A DNA stretch of 64,000 nucleotides from Octopus vulgaris (GCA_951406725.2 OX597838.1:37076001-37140000); one strand, 5' to 3'. Counted from the first letter of the stretch, positions 26,136-40,789 are shown. The notes: generated by a model from the sequence alone, not told the origin. Translations and numbers: made by a program.

Positions 26136-26309
26136 TGCTTCTCTGAAAATTGGTGATTTACAAGTAGTGGTGTTACTTCCACAGTTTAAATAAAATGCCA
26201 TTTTTACACCTTCAACAGTGTGGGATATAAGAGAACCCTTATTTGTAAACTGTCAGTAAGAAAGGAATCTGGCTGTAAAATGCTGCCATTATGAGGTATT
26301 CAACTCAGC

Positions 26310-26585
26310 CATCATCATCGTTTAACGTCCGCTTTCCATGCTAGCATGGGTTAGACGGTTCAACTGGGGTCTGGGAAGCCAGAAGGCTGCACCAGGCCCA
26401 GTCTGATCTGGCAGTGTTTCTACGGCTGGATGCCCTTCCTAACGCCATCCACTCCGTGAGTGTAGTGGGTGCTTTTTACGTGACACCGACACAGGTGACA
26501 GACGAGGCTGGCAACAGCCATGATCGGATGGTGCTTTTTATGTGCCACCATCACGGAGGCCAGTCAGGGAGGCGCTGGCAACTGG
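26310..26585 (-). mobile_element. Short element family C
   Basis: ggatgcccttcctaacgcc motif and (CAT)n end. Confidence 0.8.
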
Positions 26586-26663
26586 TAAATTTGGTTTTAA
26601 ATGAATAATCTGTCTGTCTGTCAGCCTGTCTATGATATACATTGTGTATATTCACACACACAC

Positions 26664-26697
<34 letters not shown>

Positions 26698-26885
26698 ATA
26701 CACATACACACAAACACATGTTGTATGTACTCACTCATATGTATATGATGTGTGTATGATATCTATATATGTTTATATATCATACATGTTACATATGCAC
26801 ATATGTCTGTGTGTGATACATATTATATATGCATATATATATTTGATATATATATATATTTGATATATTTATATATATGTATATA

Positions 26886-26922
<37 letters not shown>

Positions 26923-26989
26923 TTTATATATATTTGAGTATTTGAGTACTCTTTTTTCCACCTTGTTTCACATTTTTGTGTTTACTCCA

Positions 26990-27033
<44 letters not shown>

Positions 27034-27491
27034 AAACTTGATGAAGTTGTGATTGATATATATATATAATATATATTTAATATATATGTGTGGATGGGAT
27101 TTGTGTGTATTACGGATGTATTATGAATTACATATGTGTATGCATATATATGTTTTATACATACAGATGAAATATGTGTTATACACACACATACACACAT
27201 ACACACAGATTTTGCTTTTGTTGCATGTTCTAGCATTAGCCATTTTTACCTCATTACATAAAATTTCATTCCTGAGGTCAGTCTTCCGATAGCAGTGGCA
27301 GGTAGACTATAAGCGAGGTATGTTTGGTTGATGCTGTACTAATGCAACGTCAACCATATTCCACTACTGATATCCATCTAAATATTACCTTTGGGTATAG
27401 AACGTTAAGTAACAGGATGTCAAGTCGCTTCTAGTAACATATATGATGTTTGGGTTTCAGTTATTTTTGCTGTATAAAATTAATTTGATGA

Positions 27492-28013
27492 TATCATCAT
27501 CATCATCATCATTTAGTGTCCGTTCTCCATGCTAGCATGGGTTGGATGGTTCAACTGGGGTCTGGGACGCCAGACGGCTGCACCAGGCCCAGTCTGATCT
27601 GGCAGTGTTTCTACGGCTGGATGCCCTTCCTAACGCCAACCACTCCGTGAGTGTAGTGGGTGCTTTTTACCTGCCACCCGCACAGGTGCCAGATGGAGCT
27701 GGAAAATGGCCATGAACAGATGGTGCTACGTGCCACTGGCACAAGGGCCAGGCGAGGCTGGCAACGGCCACAAATGGATGGTGCTACGTGCCACCGGCAC
27801 GAGGGCCAGGCGAGCCTGGCAACGGACACGAATGGATGGTGCTTTTATGTGCCACCGTCACGGGGGCCAGGCGAGGCTGGCAACGGCCACAAACGGATGG
27901 TGCTTTTACGTGCCACCGGAGGCTGGCAACGGACACGAACGGATGGTGCTACGTGCCACCGGCACGAGGGCCAGGCGAGGCTGGCAATGGATACGAACGG
28001 ATGGTGCTTTTAC
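27492..28013 (-). mobile_element. Short element family C with tandem expansion
   Basis: About six to seven units of ggatggtgct(ttt)acgtgccaccggcacgagggccaggcgaggctggcaacgg. Confidence 0.8.
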
Positions 28014-28270
28014 GATATTTTTCGGCAAATACACATCATCAGTGTTAACTGCTGTCTATGTCTCTCCTAACTGCTGTCTATGTCCCTCTTGTCTGATGTC
28101 TATCTCTCTCTCTCCTATCAGGTTATCATATTTACAATTATAGCCTGTTCAATGCATTAACATAAAGATTATTGAACTCTCTCATATAGTGTCCCACTGC
28201 ACTCACTTTGAGCAGGTGAAGAAATATAGCTACATGCATACATAAACACACACACACACACACACACACA

Positions 28271-28352
28271 CATTAACACCTACTTATCTCTTTATGCATA
28301 CATGTATATAAATATTATTTATCTATCTATCTATTTCTCTATCTCTCTCTCT

Positions 28353-28418
<66 letters not shown>

Positions 28419-28622
28419 GGGGAGAGAGGGAGACAGAGATAGATACATAAAATATACATATATAGCATATACACATTTATGAATATACATATATGTAGGT
28501 GTGTGTATGCACACAAATATATAGACATACACACACATACACATTAACACCTACTTATCTCTTTATGCATACATGTATATAAATATCTATCTGTCTATCT
28601 ATCTCTCTATCTCTCTCTCTCT

Positions 28623-28703
<81 letters not shown>

Positions 28704-28811
28704 ATGAGACAGAGATAGATAGATAGATATACATATATAGCATATACACATTTATAAATATACATATATGTAGGTGTGTGTATGCACACAAATATATAGA
28801 CATACACACAC
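28271..28811. repeat. Tandem duplication, period about 271 bp
   Basis: cattaacacctacttatctctttatgcatacatg starts at 28271 and 28542, with matching downstream blocks. Confidence 0.85.
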
Positions 28812-29376
28812 TTACATATATATATTTACTCACACACACACACACACACACACGCACACACACACACACATATATATATACATACATATATACACATACT
28901 TGTAGGTAGAAAAAAAATGTTTCCTCTTAACGATGAAAAGAAAATACAAGAAATAAAATTTACAGAACAAGATGAACATAAGAGAAATTTTCACAAAATA
29001 TTTTTTAAAAAAATGCCAAGTTTTTCTCTTATCTTGTTCTGTAACTTCCCCTTGTAACGTTTTATTGCCACTGACACTGCCTGATGAAGTGATACCATCA
29101 AGGTATTGAAATCACTGTGAAATTGGTAGGCCGCTGATGAAAGGGATTTACTTATTTATATTCTATTCTTGCACTCCTGTATATATATATTTTTTTTTTA
29201 CTAGTTGCACACTCGTGTTATGTGCAGTAGGAAGACTATCTGCATTTTACATTTTAATTGTTTTTGTTTTTGTTTTCGGTGGAGGTGGAGGTGGTATTTG
29301 ACTGCTGTAAATTTCAGGAGGTCTTATCAAGTTTCACATTTGTAAAACATGCATCACCAAACTTCTATGCATTTGT

Positions 29377-29557
29377 GCGTGTGGTGTGTGTGTGTGTATG
29401 TGTGTGTGTGTGTGTGTGTGTATGGTGTGTGTGTGTATGTGTGTATGTGTATGTGTGTGTGTATGTGTGTGGTGTGTGTATGTATGTGTGTGTATATGTG
29501 TGTGTGTGTGTATGTGTGTGTGTGTGTATGTATGTGTGTGTGTATGTGTATGTGTGT

Positions 29558-29597
<40 letters not shown>

Positions 29598-29661
29598 GTG
29601 TGTATGTGTGTGTGTGTATGTATGTGTGTATGTGTGTGTGTATGTGTGTGTGTGTATGTGC

Positions 29662-29692
<31 letters not shown>

Positions 29693-29762
29693 TGTGTGTG
29701 TATGTGTATGTGTGTGTGTATGTGTGTGTATGTGTGTGTGTGTGTATGTATGTGTGTGTGTA

Positions 29763-29797
<35 letters not shown>

Positions 29798-29884
29798 TTG
29801 TGTGTGTGTATGTATGTGTGTGTGTGTGTGGTGTGTGTGTGTATGTGTGTGTATGTGTATGTATGTGTGTGTGTGTGTGTGTGC
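29377..29884. repeat. ~500 bp (TG)n/TGTA microsatellite
   Basis: Direct inspection. Confidence 0.95.
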
Positions 29885-31182
29885 GTTAATACACTTTTGG
29901 TGAGCACTTTGAATCTGCTAAAGTTTTAGTTTGGGTTTTTATATTAAACTGATGCACATTGTTATACATCTGGTGTATGTTTTTTTTTTTTTATCTTGCA
30001 ACCTATAGAGGGAAAGAGATGTAGTGAGAGATAGCTGGGTAGGTAGACAGAGAAACAGATAAATGGATGGATGAATAGAGAGAGAGAATGACTGAGTGAG
30101 TGAGTGAGTGAGTGAGAGGGTGTGAGTTAATGAGTGAGTGAGTGAGATCAAACAGAGAAGTAAAAGAGAGTGAGAAGGAGAGGTTTCAGGTAAATGTTAG
30201 ATCCAAAAGAGATTAACAGGTATGTTTTACTTGTTTATGTAATTCATGTAATTCAGGAAAGACAGAAAGAAGAAAAGGAGGAAGGAAGGATAACAAGGAA
30301 GGAGAGGAAGGAGAAAGGAAGGAAGGATAAGAAATGGAATGGGTGGTAGAAGGGAAGAATAAAGAAGAAAAGTCACAGAAGAAAACGTGAGTAAGGGGAG
30401 AGGCTTAGATGTAGAAGATAGGACGGGTGGAACTGGAGAAAAGAAAGGGAGGGTGAGAGGAGAGGTGGGAGGTTGGAAATAGGAAGGAAGAGGAAGAGGT
30501 GAAGAAAAAGGGGAGGAGTCGCCTTTCATCGTCTCTCTCTTTATCAAGAGCTGATCTGTCTCATTGGTAGATATTGGTAGAACATTTGAAACGGCAACAA
30601 GAACTAAATACCTGAAAACCCCAAAATCAGGAACAGCAGTATCAGTCATACAGATCTGTACATACATACATACATAACAAGTGCAATCTGTGAGTGGAAC
30701 AGTAAAAATGTACAAGACTTTTCTCAAGTCCCAGATGTGAATTTGTCTGTGTTAACTACATCCCAAAGATAGTCTTGTACCTCTGTTGGAAACCAGCTCC
30801 ATCCTCAGTGGAAGATTTATAATAATCTAAAAAATAGAAGGGACATACATATGCAAAACAGAAGGGACATACATACACACATACATATATACATATACAC
30901 ACATATATATATGTATACATGTACACACATTCATACATACATAAATACATACATATGTACATGCATGTACATACAGATGCATACATGCATAATACATGCT
31001 TACACACACATATATACACACATACACATGTATGTATGTACACACATTCATACATACATATATACATACATACATACATGCATGTACATATGCATGCATA
31101 CCTGCATAATACATGCATACATACATGCACATATGCATATATGCATGTATGCATACATATATGCATATATACATGCATACAT

Positions 31183-31413
31183 AAGGCGGCGAGCTGGCGG
31201 AAACATTAGCACGCCGGGCGAAATGCTTTGTGGTATTTCGTCTGCCGTTACGTTGTGAGTTCAAATTCCACCAAGGTCGACTTTGCCTTTCATCCTTTCG
31301 GGATCGATAAATTAAGTACCAGTTACGCACTGGGGGTCGATGGAATCGACTTAATTGCTTTGTCTGTCCTTGTTTGTCCCCTCTTTGTTTAGCCCCTTGT
31401 GGGTAGTAAATAA
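31183..31413 (+). mobile_element. SINE family B, full length
   Basis: aaggcggcgagctggcgg...gagttcaaattcc...gcctttcatcctttcggg...ccccttgtgggtagtaaat. Confidence 0.85.
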
Positions 31414-31601
31414 ATATATATACATGCATACATGTATGCAAGTTTACATATAAGCATACATACAAAAATTATATGTACATGTAAGCATGCATGCATACAT
31501 ACACATAAGTAAGTAATACTTTTATGTTTAGTTATACTCCTCATAGTATGCTGTTGAAAGCCCATTCGCTGTATTCGGCTACCTGATGTCAACAACAGTA
31601 T

Positions 31602-31997
31602 ACTCTTACTCTTTACTCTTTTACTTGTTTCAGTCATTTGACTGCGGCCATGCTGGAGCACTGCCTTTAGTCGAGCAAATCGACCCCGGGACTTATTCTT
31701 TGTAAGCCCAGTACTATTCTATCGGTCTCTTTTTAGCCGAACCGCTAAGTGACGGGGACGTAAACACACCAGCATCAGTTGTCAAGCAATGCTAGGGGGA
31801 CAAACACAGACACATACATATATATACATATATACGACAGGCTTCTTTCAGTTTCCGTCTACCAAATCCACTCACAAGGCATTGGTCGGCCCGGGGCTAT
31901 AGCAGAAGACGCTTGCCCAAGATGCCACGCAGTGGGACTGAACCCAGAACCATGTGGTTGGTTAGCAAGCTACTTACCACACAGCCACTCCTGCGCT
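31602..31997 (-). mobile_element. SINE family A
   Basis: Homologous to 5205-5608. Confidence 0.9.
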
Positions 31998-32399
31998 TAA
32001 GTTCCGTCAACTTTCTTCATGTTTCATGCATGTTTTTTCATGCTTTCTCACTGCCCAGCATCCTTTGTTTTTAAAATCTATTTCACGCATAAACAGAGCC
32101 TGAAATATTGTTTTAAGATACATGCCATATTTTATAAATATGCCTGTTCAACTATCAGAATAGCATGAAACTATTAGAAGCTCTTTTGGTTGTGTATTCA
32201 AATCGATAAGTATGTTATACATGTATCATATATATATATATATATATCCGAAATTGCGAAGATAATCTGGTACTCAACTGAGGAAAGAAAACTCCAAATG
32301 ACCTGTCCTTGTTTTCTTTGTATCGTCTATCTCGATGTTTTGTTGTCGCTTTTTGTATCACCTGGTTCTCCAGATGTTTTGCATTCTTGTCCCATTTTT

Positions 32400-32444
<45 letters not shown>

Positions 32445-32689
32445 ATATAGAACAAATAGTGAGGGATTATCAATCCAGACAAAATACTTCATACGCTCTC
32501 TGTTGGCACTCCAGGCTAACAATATTAGTTAGGTTAGAGAAGAACTCTGAGTAAATTTTTGGTAGGGTTCCAAGTTATGATTCATCACAATTCTCTATCG
32601 TAAATCCATTGATGGCCTCCACATAAACTGGTCTTTACAGAGTGATATATAAGAAACAAGTTTACATTAATGATTATAACATATAATTT

Positions 32690-32978
32690 CTTTATTAAAG
32701 CAAATTTGCCTTACAGCTGTTTCAAGTGGTCATTATAAGTACATTACCGAGAGATTTACTCAATTGCTCTATTGATCAATTGAGGTAAATTGAATGGCCT
32801 AAGAATGCTACTTTTGTCAGAGCCGTTTCTGGAAGGCTCTGATAAAATTAATAGCATTAATTTTCTTAGGTCATTCAATTTGCATCTATTGATCAATAGA
32901 CTAATTGATTAAACCTAACAGTAATGTGCCTATAATTATTACTTGAGACAGCTGTAAGCCAAATTTGCCCTAATAAAG
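32690..32978. repeat. ~290 bp imperfect fold-back made of two divergent long-stem-II hammerhead relics
   Basis: Left tttattaaagcaaatttgccttacagctgtttcaagt mirrors right acttgagacagctgtaagccaaatttgccctaataaa; centre ttttgtcagagcc / ggctctgataaaa. Confidence 0.8.
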
Positions 32979-32987
32979 GAATCCCTA

Positions 32988-33242
32988 TACTCTTTACTCT
33001 CTCTCTTTTACTCTTTTACTTGTTTCAGTCATTTGACTGCGGCCATGCTGGTGCACCGCATTTTGTCGAGCAACTCGACCCCAGGACTTATTCTTTGTAA
33101 GCCCAGTACTTATTCTATCGGTCTCTTTTTGCCGAACCGCTAAGTGACGGCGACATAAACACACCAGCATCAGTTGTCAAGCAATGCTAGGGGGGCAAAC
33201 ACAGACACACAAACACACACGCAAGCACATGTATATATATAT

Positions 33243-33277
<35 letters not shown>

Positions 33278-33447
33278 CATATATACGACAGGCTTCTTTC
33301 AGTTTCCGTCTACCAAATCCACTCACAAGGCTTTGATTGGCCCGAGGCTATAGTAGAAGACACTTGCCCAAGGTGCCACACAGTGGGACTGAACCTGGAA
33401 CCATGTGGTTGGTAGGCAAGCTACTTACCACACAGGCACTCCTGCGC
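32988..33447 (-). mobile_element. SINE family A
   Basis: Homologous to 5205-5608. Confidence 0.9.
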
Positions 33448-34364
33448 AAAATGTCTGTGTGTGTGTCCTTTATACAAATCCACAATTTTTCAGTTAGAGG
33501 GCTTGCACTTTCTATGGTCATTTAAAACCGTCCAAGGGTGGTCGTGCACATCTTTACATTTCCCCAGTCACCCTGCAAAGCCATTAAAAAATCAATAGAA
33601 GTGATTTTTGGTGAATTTTCTATCCAAAACCCAATCAAAACGCCCGGTGATTGGTTGGAGATTTGGACAGTACTTGCATGTATGTGCGCACGCACGCAGC
33701 TGTATATGCAAGCACTAGTACTATGACCATTATGCTTAACTTGTTTTATATTATATATACATATAAATTTGACATAGGGGATTCTTTCTTGTCTTGGGAT
33801 TCACGGTCAAACGACCATGTGTAGAATGATCCAGTTGTGATGCTGGGCTTTGTATTTTTTACATAGCTCCTGTGGTTACCGAGATAATCTACTATAATAA
33901 TACTCTTGTGTTTATGAATGAGAAAGGAAGGGGTGATAGCTGAATAAGGAAGGAAGGGGTGATGTCATACTTGGCAGTGGGATGATGAAACTTGTATGCT
34001 GAAAAAATAAATCAAACAGTGTTTCAACTCTGTGTGAGTATATGTGTGTGTATGTAAAAGGTGGAGGTATGTAAATGTGTATGTGTGCGTGTGTGTGTTT
34101 TTTGTGTGAGTGCATGTACGCACGCAATGGAAGTCAGATGGTTCATCTTTATTCACTTAGTATTTGGGTTTATTTTTTGATTTGGTTGCATCTTGGCTGG
34201 GTTTTTTTTTGTTGGTCAGTTATTTTTAGCGATTTGACAGGAAACAGTCTTTCTAAAATTGTTTTTTAATGTAAGCATGCCCCAACAAGTCGAATGCTTA
34301 CACAGAGCAGGTTTTACAGCCACATAATCCAAACCGACCGGGTGAAACCAGGCTTAGCTGCTAG

Positions 34365-34400
<36 letters not shown>

Positions 34401-35651
34401 TATACAGGGTGCATAAGGTATTTGAGGACATACCTTTTTTGGGTGATTGATGTATTTTTTGCTAACTCTGTATAACCTTTGCTTCAGAAAATAGTAATGG
34501 CAGACCCTCAGCTTACTCCAGAAATGAAGTGGCATGCTGTTATTGTGGTTATGAAAGCTGAGCATAGCGATTTAGAAATATATATATATATGTATCGTCA
34601 TCATCATCATTTAATGTCTGCTTTCCATGCTAGCATGGGTTGGACGATTTGACAGAGGTCTGGTGAACCAGATGGCTGCACCAGACTCCAATCTGATCTG
34701 GCAGAGTTTCTACAGCTGGATGCCCTTCCTAACGCCAACCACTCCGAGAGTGTAGTGGGTGCTTTTATGGATATACACACACATGCGTATATATAATGAT
34801 TTGTAGTATGATACTAGCGTGAAATAATGAGTGCAATTATACTATCAATGATGGGAAAGTACTCCGTACCATTTGTTTGAATTTCAGTACCTCTCATATG
34901 GCATACCTTACATAACATTGAAGGACCCCAATCAAATCTTCTCACGCATGGTTCTGTTATGCACATTTTAGGATCATTAGATTGTGTAACAGAAACATTT
35001 TTTCTTACACACAAACACGCATGTATGTATATATGCATGCATGTATGTATGAATATACACACACTACCATAATCCTATTGGTGCATATTATCTAAGAAAC
35101 CTGAACTGGAATATTATCTGATAGAGTGACAGTGTTATGTTAACATGTTGTTGGATAATCTTATGTAATCTCACATGTTATTGCATGCAAAGTTGTATTA
35201 CGCAATGTGTTAATAATAAGCACTTTACTACAGAAGCGTATATACTAATACCCAAATTATCTATTTGTTTCATCTCTAACAATACACACACACACACACA
35301 CACACGCACACACACACACACATATGCATCTGTTCTTGTTTTCGCAGATAAGATCAGTTGTGTCGTACATTTGAGACTGAAAGATTGCTCAGAAGAACAG
35401 GCCATGGTATATTTAATATGCCAGTTTATTGTGTTTCCACGGCATGAAACAAATAGTAGCTCATATGTAAATACTGTGTATCTACATATGAGCAAGGTGC
35501 AGGAGTGGCTGTGTGGTAAGTAGCTTGCTTACCAACCACATGGTTTTGCGTTCTCATCCCACTGTGTGGTTCCTTGGGCAAGCACTGGTGGACTTGGATG
35601 TTTGACATCTCTCTGAAGGATTTTGGTCCTCACCTCTTTTACATATATATA

Positions 35652-36070
35652 TCATCATCATCATCATCATCATCATCGCTTAACGTCCGTTCTCCATGCT
35701 AGCATGGGTTGGACGGTTCGAACGGGGATCTGGGAAGCCAGAAGGCTGCACCAGGCTCCAGTCTTATCTGGCAATGTTTCTACAGCTGGATGCCCTTCCT
35801 AACGCCAACCACTCCATGAGTGTAGTGGGTTCTTTTTACGTGCCATCTGCACAGGTGCCAGGCGAAGCTAGCAACAGCCACGATCGGATTGGTGCATTTT
35901 ACGTGCCACCGGCATGGAAGCCAGTCGAGGCGGCACTGGCATTGGCCACGATTCGGATGGTGCTTTTTACGTTCCAGCGGCAGGGGTCCTGGCATCTGCC
36001 GGGTGCCAGTCATAGGATTGGTTCAATTTCGATTTCGATTTTACTTGCCCTAATAGGTCTTCGCAATAGG

Positions 36071-36072
<2 letters not shown>
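35652..36072 (-). mobile_element. Short element family C
   Basis: Same motif set; a shorter copy lies at 34595-34770. Confidence 0.8.
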
Positions 36073-36137
<65 letters not shown>

Positions 36138-36148
36138 CATATATATAT

Positions 36149-36215
<67 letters not shown>

Positions 36216-36644
36216 ATTTAATTTAATTTTTTTTATAATTTACACATGATACACATTTCATTGCAATCTACAGTCAAAAGACATGTCCAGGCTTCTTTCC
36301 ATTGAACTCAATCTTTGTAAATAAGAGACACCTTTGGGTGGTGTCATTTGTTTCCATTTTGCTGGGTCAACATGTCCAAGGTGTACAAGCTCAGCAAAAT
36401 GTGGGATTGTTAACTTGTTTGGAAAATGGACAGGAAAGATAACTGGAAGAGTACCCTGTCCTTGAATACTCTGCCGCAATGTAGTCTCATCTGTGCCATG
36501 CAAGCATAGAAAAATAGACATTAAATGATGATAATGATGATCATGGTGAGTGTGTGTGTATGAAGGTGGTGCTCCAGTATGGCTGCAGCCTAATAACTAA
36601 GACATGTGAAATGTAAAAGATATATACACACATACATATATGTA

Positions 36645-36942
36645 TATCACGTGATCACGTAACCGACCAGGTTATCAGATCACTGGTCACAATGTGCTTC
36701 GCATTGTTTAGCCTTGAAATGACGCCACCCCGCTGGCTAAGTGAGCAGACCAACAGAAGAAAGAGTGAGAGAATGTTGCAGCGAAAGAGTACAGCAGGGT
36801 TCGCCACCACCCCCTGCCGGAGCCTTGTGGCGCTTTAGATGTTTTTGCTCAATAAGCACTCACAATGCCCAGTCTGGGAATCGAAACTGCGATCCTATGA
36901 CCGTGAGTCCACTGCCCTAACCACTGGGCCATTGCGCCTCCA
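36645..36942 (-). mobile_element. tRNA-derived SINE, family D head
   Basis: ccactgccctaaccactgggccattgcgcctcc head shared with the 13282 copy. Confidence 0.75.
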
Positions 36943-37235
36943 CACACACATATATATATACATATGTATATATATATTTATGTATATGTATGTATCTATA
37001 TACATACATATATGTATATGTATGTTTCTATATACATACATATATGTATATATGTATGTATCTATATACATATATATATATTCATGGCTGTGTGGTAAGA
37101 AGACTGCTTCCCAATCACATGGTTCCGGGTTCAGTCTCACTGCATGGCACCTTGGACATGTATCTTCTACTATTGCCTTGGGATGACCAGAGCTTTGTGA
37201 GTGAATTCGGTGGATGGAAACTGGAAGAAGACCAT

Positions 37236-37274
<39 letters not shown>

Positions 37275-37487
37275 ATGTATGTTTGGGTTTTTCTTCCTAC
37301 CATTGCTTGACAACCTATGCTGCTGTGTTTATGTTCCCATAACTTAGCGGTTTGGCAAAGGACACCAATACTATAAGTACTAGGTTTATTCTGGGGTTGA
37401 GTTTTTTGGCTAACAACCTTTAAGGCAGTGCTCCAGCGTGGCCATTGTCAAAGGATTGTAACAAGTAAAAGAGTAAAAGAATAAGAG

Positions 37488-37521
<34 letters not shown>

Positions 37522-38751
37522 TAGATAGAGAGATATATGGACGGACAGAAACTGATGCAAAAAGAAAGGAAAATAAATAAACATGTAGATACCCAATCAA
37601 AAAGGTTTGCTAAATAAACAGTTCTCAGAAAAATCAGTGGATGTATGTGGATGGATGGATGGATGTGTCTGTGTGGTTGTGTATGCATGTATGTATATAT
37701 GTATGAATAAATGTATTTATATATGTATGTATGCATGTATGAATATATAGATAGATATAATCATACATATGCATATATATATATGCATATTCATATATAT
37801 ATATGTGTATATATATATGTATATATTTATATATATATATGTATATATATATATATTTATGTATATTTGTATGAATATATGTCAGTGTGTATACATGCAT
37901 AAGTACATACATATATGTATATAGGTATATACATTGCTCAGAGATTTATTATTGCTTATATATATATATATACATACACATGCTTATATAATATCTGATA
38001 TATATACATATATGCTAATGCAGATATAGTGTACAGAAAAATATTATTTGTGTTATGTACGTATGGGTATATATGTATACATACGTGTGTAAAAATATAT
38101 TTAGAGAACAAGATAGATTTATGAATGATTGGATACTCTCTTGGATAAAGTACAGAGAAGGTAGGTGGGCCATATGTTTACAAATAGATAAAGAGAGAGA
38201 GAGAGAGAGAGAGATAGGATTCTGTAAGGGCATATGAAAAGAAGAGCAAGTAAAGAAGTGCGCATGTGTATTCATGTCAGAGGGGGTGTAAGTACGTGTG
38301 AAAAAATAAATATTGTGTACAGAGCCAGCATACTGGATGGACCTGTAAAGAAACGGCTGAACATCATCAGTATGTGGAAATCAGAAGAACCAACAACAAC
38401 AACATAACAACATGAAAGATTACCTTATAAAAAGAATGAAAGTTAGCATGTAATAAGAGGGAATGGGAAAGAAAAAGAGAAAAATGGTAGGGTTGAAGGC
38501 GAATCTTTTCCCCTATTCTGCACATTTTGTTCACTGCTAAAATCAATTAAGAGATTAAAAGATTGTTTGTTTTAATGTTCTTTTATTGTTTTTGTTATTT
38601 TTAGGAATGTACACACGCACACATATATATAACTGTATATATATGTTTTTATATATATACATATATATATAAGTATATATATATATTTGTGTGTGTGTAC
38701 ATATGTATATAAATATGTATATATATATATGTATATATATGTAAAGATATA

Positions 38752-38784
<33 letters not shown>

Positions 38785-38884
38785 GAATGTATCTATCTAT
38801 CTATCTATATATCTATATATATATGTGTATATATGTGTGTGTTTTTATACATACACACATATATATGTATATATATGTATATGC

Positions 38885-38923
<39 letters not shown>

Positions 38924-39488
38924 TACGTGCTCACACAAATACATACTTACATATGTGTATGTGTGTGAGTGTGTGTGTGTGTTTGTATGTGAGTTAATCT
39001 AGTGAGACAGATTGGCATATAAATGGATATTATGGGAAGCAAAACGTGGGTCTTTGAAATCCAGTGATGTCGGTAAAGGGGTTGCAGAGCTCTGTCTTGT
39101 AAGCAGCTTTATCTTATTTGATAACATCACCTTCCCTTCCCCCCTTCTCCACCCAGCACGTCATTGGTTGACTTTACTTTCACTTTCGTCTTTTCTCATG
39201 TTTTTGTTTGTTTTGTTGTGGGTATGTTGTTTTCTTTGCTTTTCTTTTTATTTTCTGTTTCATATTTTTGCGTTTTATTTTCGAGTGTTTTTATTCATAA
39301 TGATTTTTTTTTTGTTATGTGTGCGCATTTATTGATGTGTGTATACGCGGAAATGAATGTGCGGAAGTACGCTTGCGATGCATGCATGAGTGCATTTGCG
39401 TTTTTATGTGTGTGTGCAGATGTTTGCATGTGAGTGGGTATGTATCCGTGTGCATATTTGAATCTATATGTATAGGAATGTATTTATG

Positions 39489-39544
<56 letters not shown>

Positions 39545-39702
39545 TATTTATATATATATATACATATTTATATATATATACATAGTTATATATGTGCTCA
39601 AATGTATCTAGAGATGACTGGAAATTTGTTCTTAGTATGAATGTATTTGTGTAATATATGTGAATATGAGTATGTATATGGATGTATCTGCATGTGTATA
39701 TG

Positions 39703-39757
<55 letters not shown>

Positions 39758-39784
39758 GCATATGTATGTGTGTATGTGTATATA

Positions 39785-39816
<32 letters not shown>

Positions 39817-40476
39817 CATATATACAGATATATACAGATATATATATATATATATATACACAGATATATATACAGATATATGTATGTATGTATGTTTATA
39901 CATATGTGTGTGTGTAAGAATATTTGTAATGTGGGTGTACTTTTGCACATACATATTTGTAATGTATGTAGCTATATATGTATACATGGATGTGTGTGTG
40001 CGTATGTCTGTATATATATATATATATGTATACACATTTGTTTATAGGTATGCATGTGTATATATTTATGTGTATATATCTAGGAATATGTGCATACACA
40101 CAAGTGTATCAATTGCTATATGTGCATACGCAATGTATGTAAATTTACTAACCAAACATTATTAAATGTGCTTATTACACACGCACACATGAACACACAC
40201 AGGTACACGCACGCACACACACCATACAGGTACTATCACGCAGACACAGAGTAGCTTAGTGCAACGGTTGGTTAAAAGTGCAACTGCTGATTACAAATGC
40301 AGTCTATATATGCACAGCGTATCTACGCAGTTGTTACTTTTTGTTCAGGTACCTCTTTGGATGCGTAGTATGTGTACCATACCATTATCTAGGCATGGAT
40401 GTTTATGTGTGAATGGGTTAACATACATACATACATATATATACGTACATATATATATGTAGATATATATATATTT

Positions 40477-40533
<57 letters not shown>

Positions 40534-40718
40534 AGTAAATAAATGGTACAACGAGGCACTGATATTTACTAGAAAATAGCAATCGTAATAGACACGACGT
40601 CATTGTATAGCTTCACTGCGTATATACTAGCAAAGACGTATGTGTGCCACAAACATGAAAAAAGTTTGTCTTACCTCAAGGAAGAACATCTGAAAAATGG
40701 AAAACCTTGAATCGGATA

Positions 40719-40789
40719 ATGCAGGACCGGTTTCAGACTCTTCAAATACGTTTGACAACGTAGATTTGATTTGTCTTCATCAGCTGCAT
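40719..40789 (-). ncRNA. Type-I hammerhead ribozyme, fully canonical core
   Basis: Minus: AUGCAG CUGAUGA AGAC-[extended hairpin]-GUCU GAAA CCGG UC CUGCAU; 6-bp stem I, palindromic stem III ACCGGU, GUC triplet. Confidence 0.88.

Noticed and set aside
27323-27356. 14-bp hairpin as a pre-miRNA
   Set aside because: Too short, and it matches no miRNA I recognise.
30520-30830. Possible minus-strand exons in a unique island
   Set aside because: Acceptor-like sites exist, but donors are weak and the peptides are unrecognisable.
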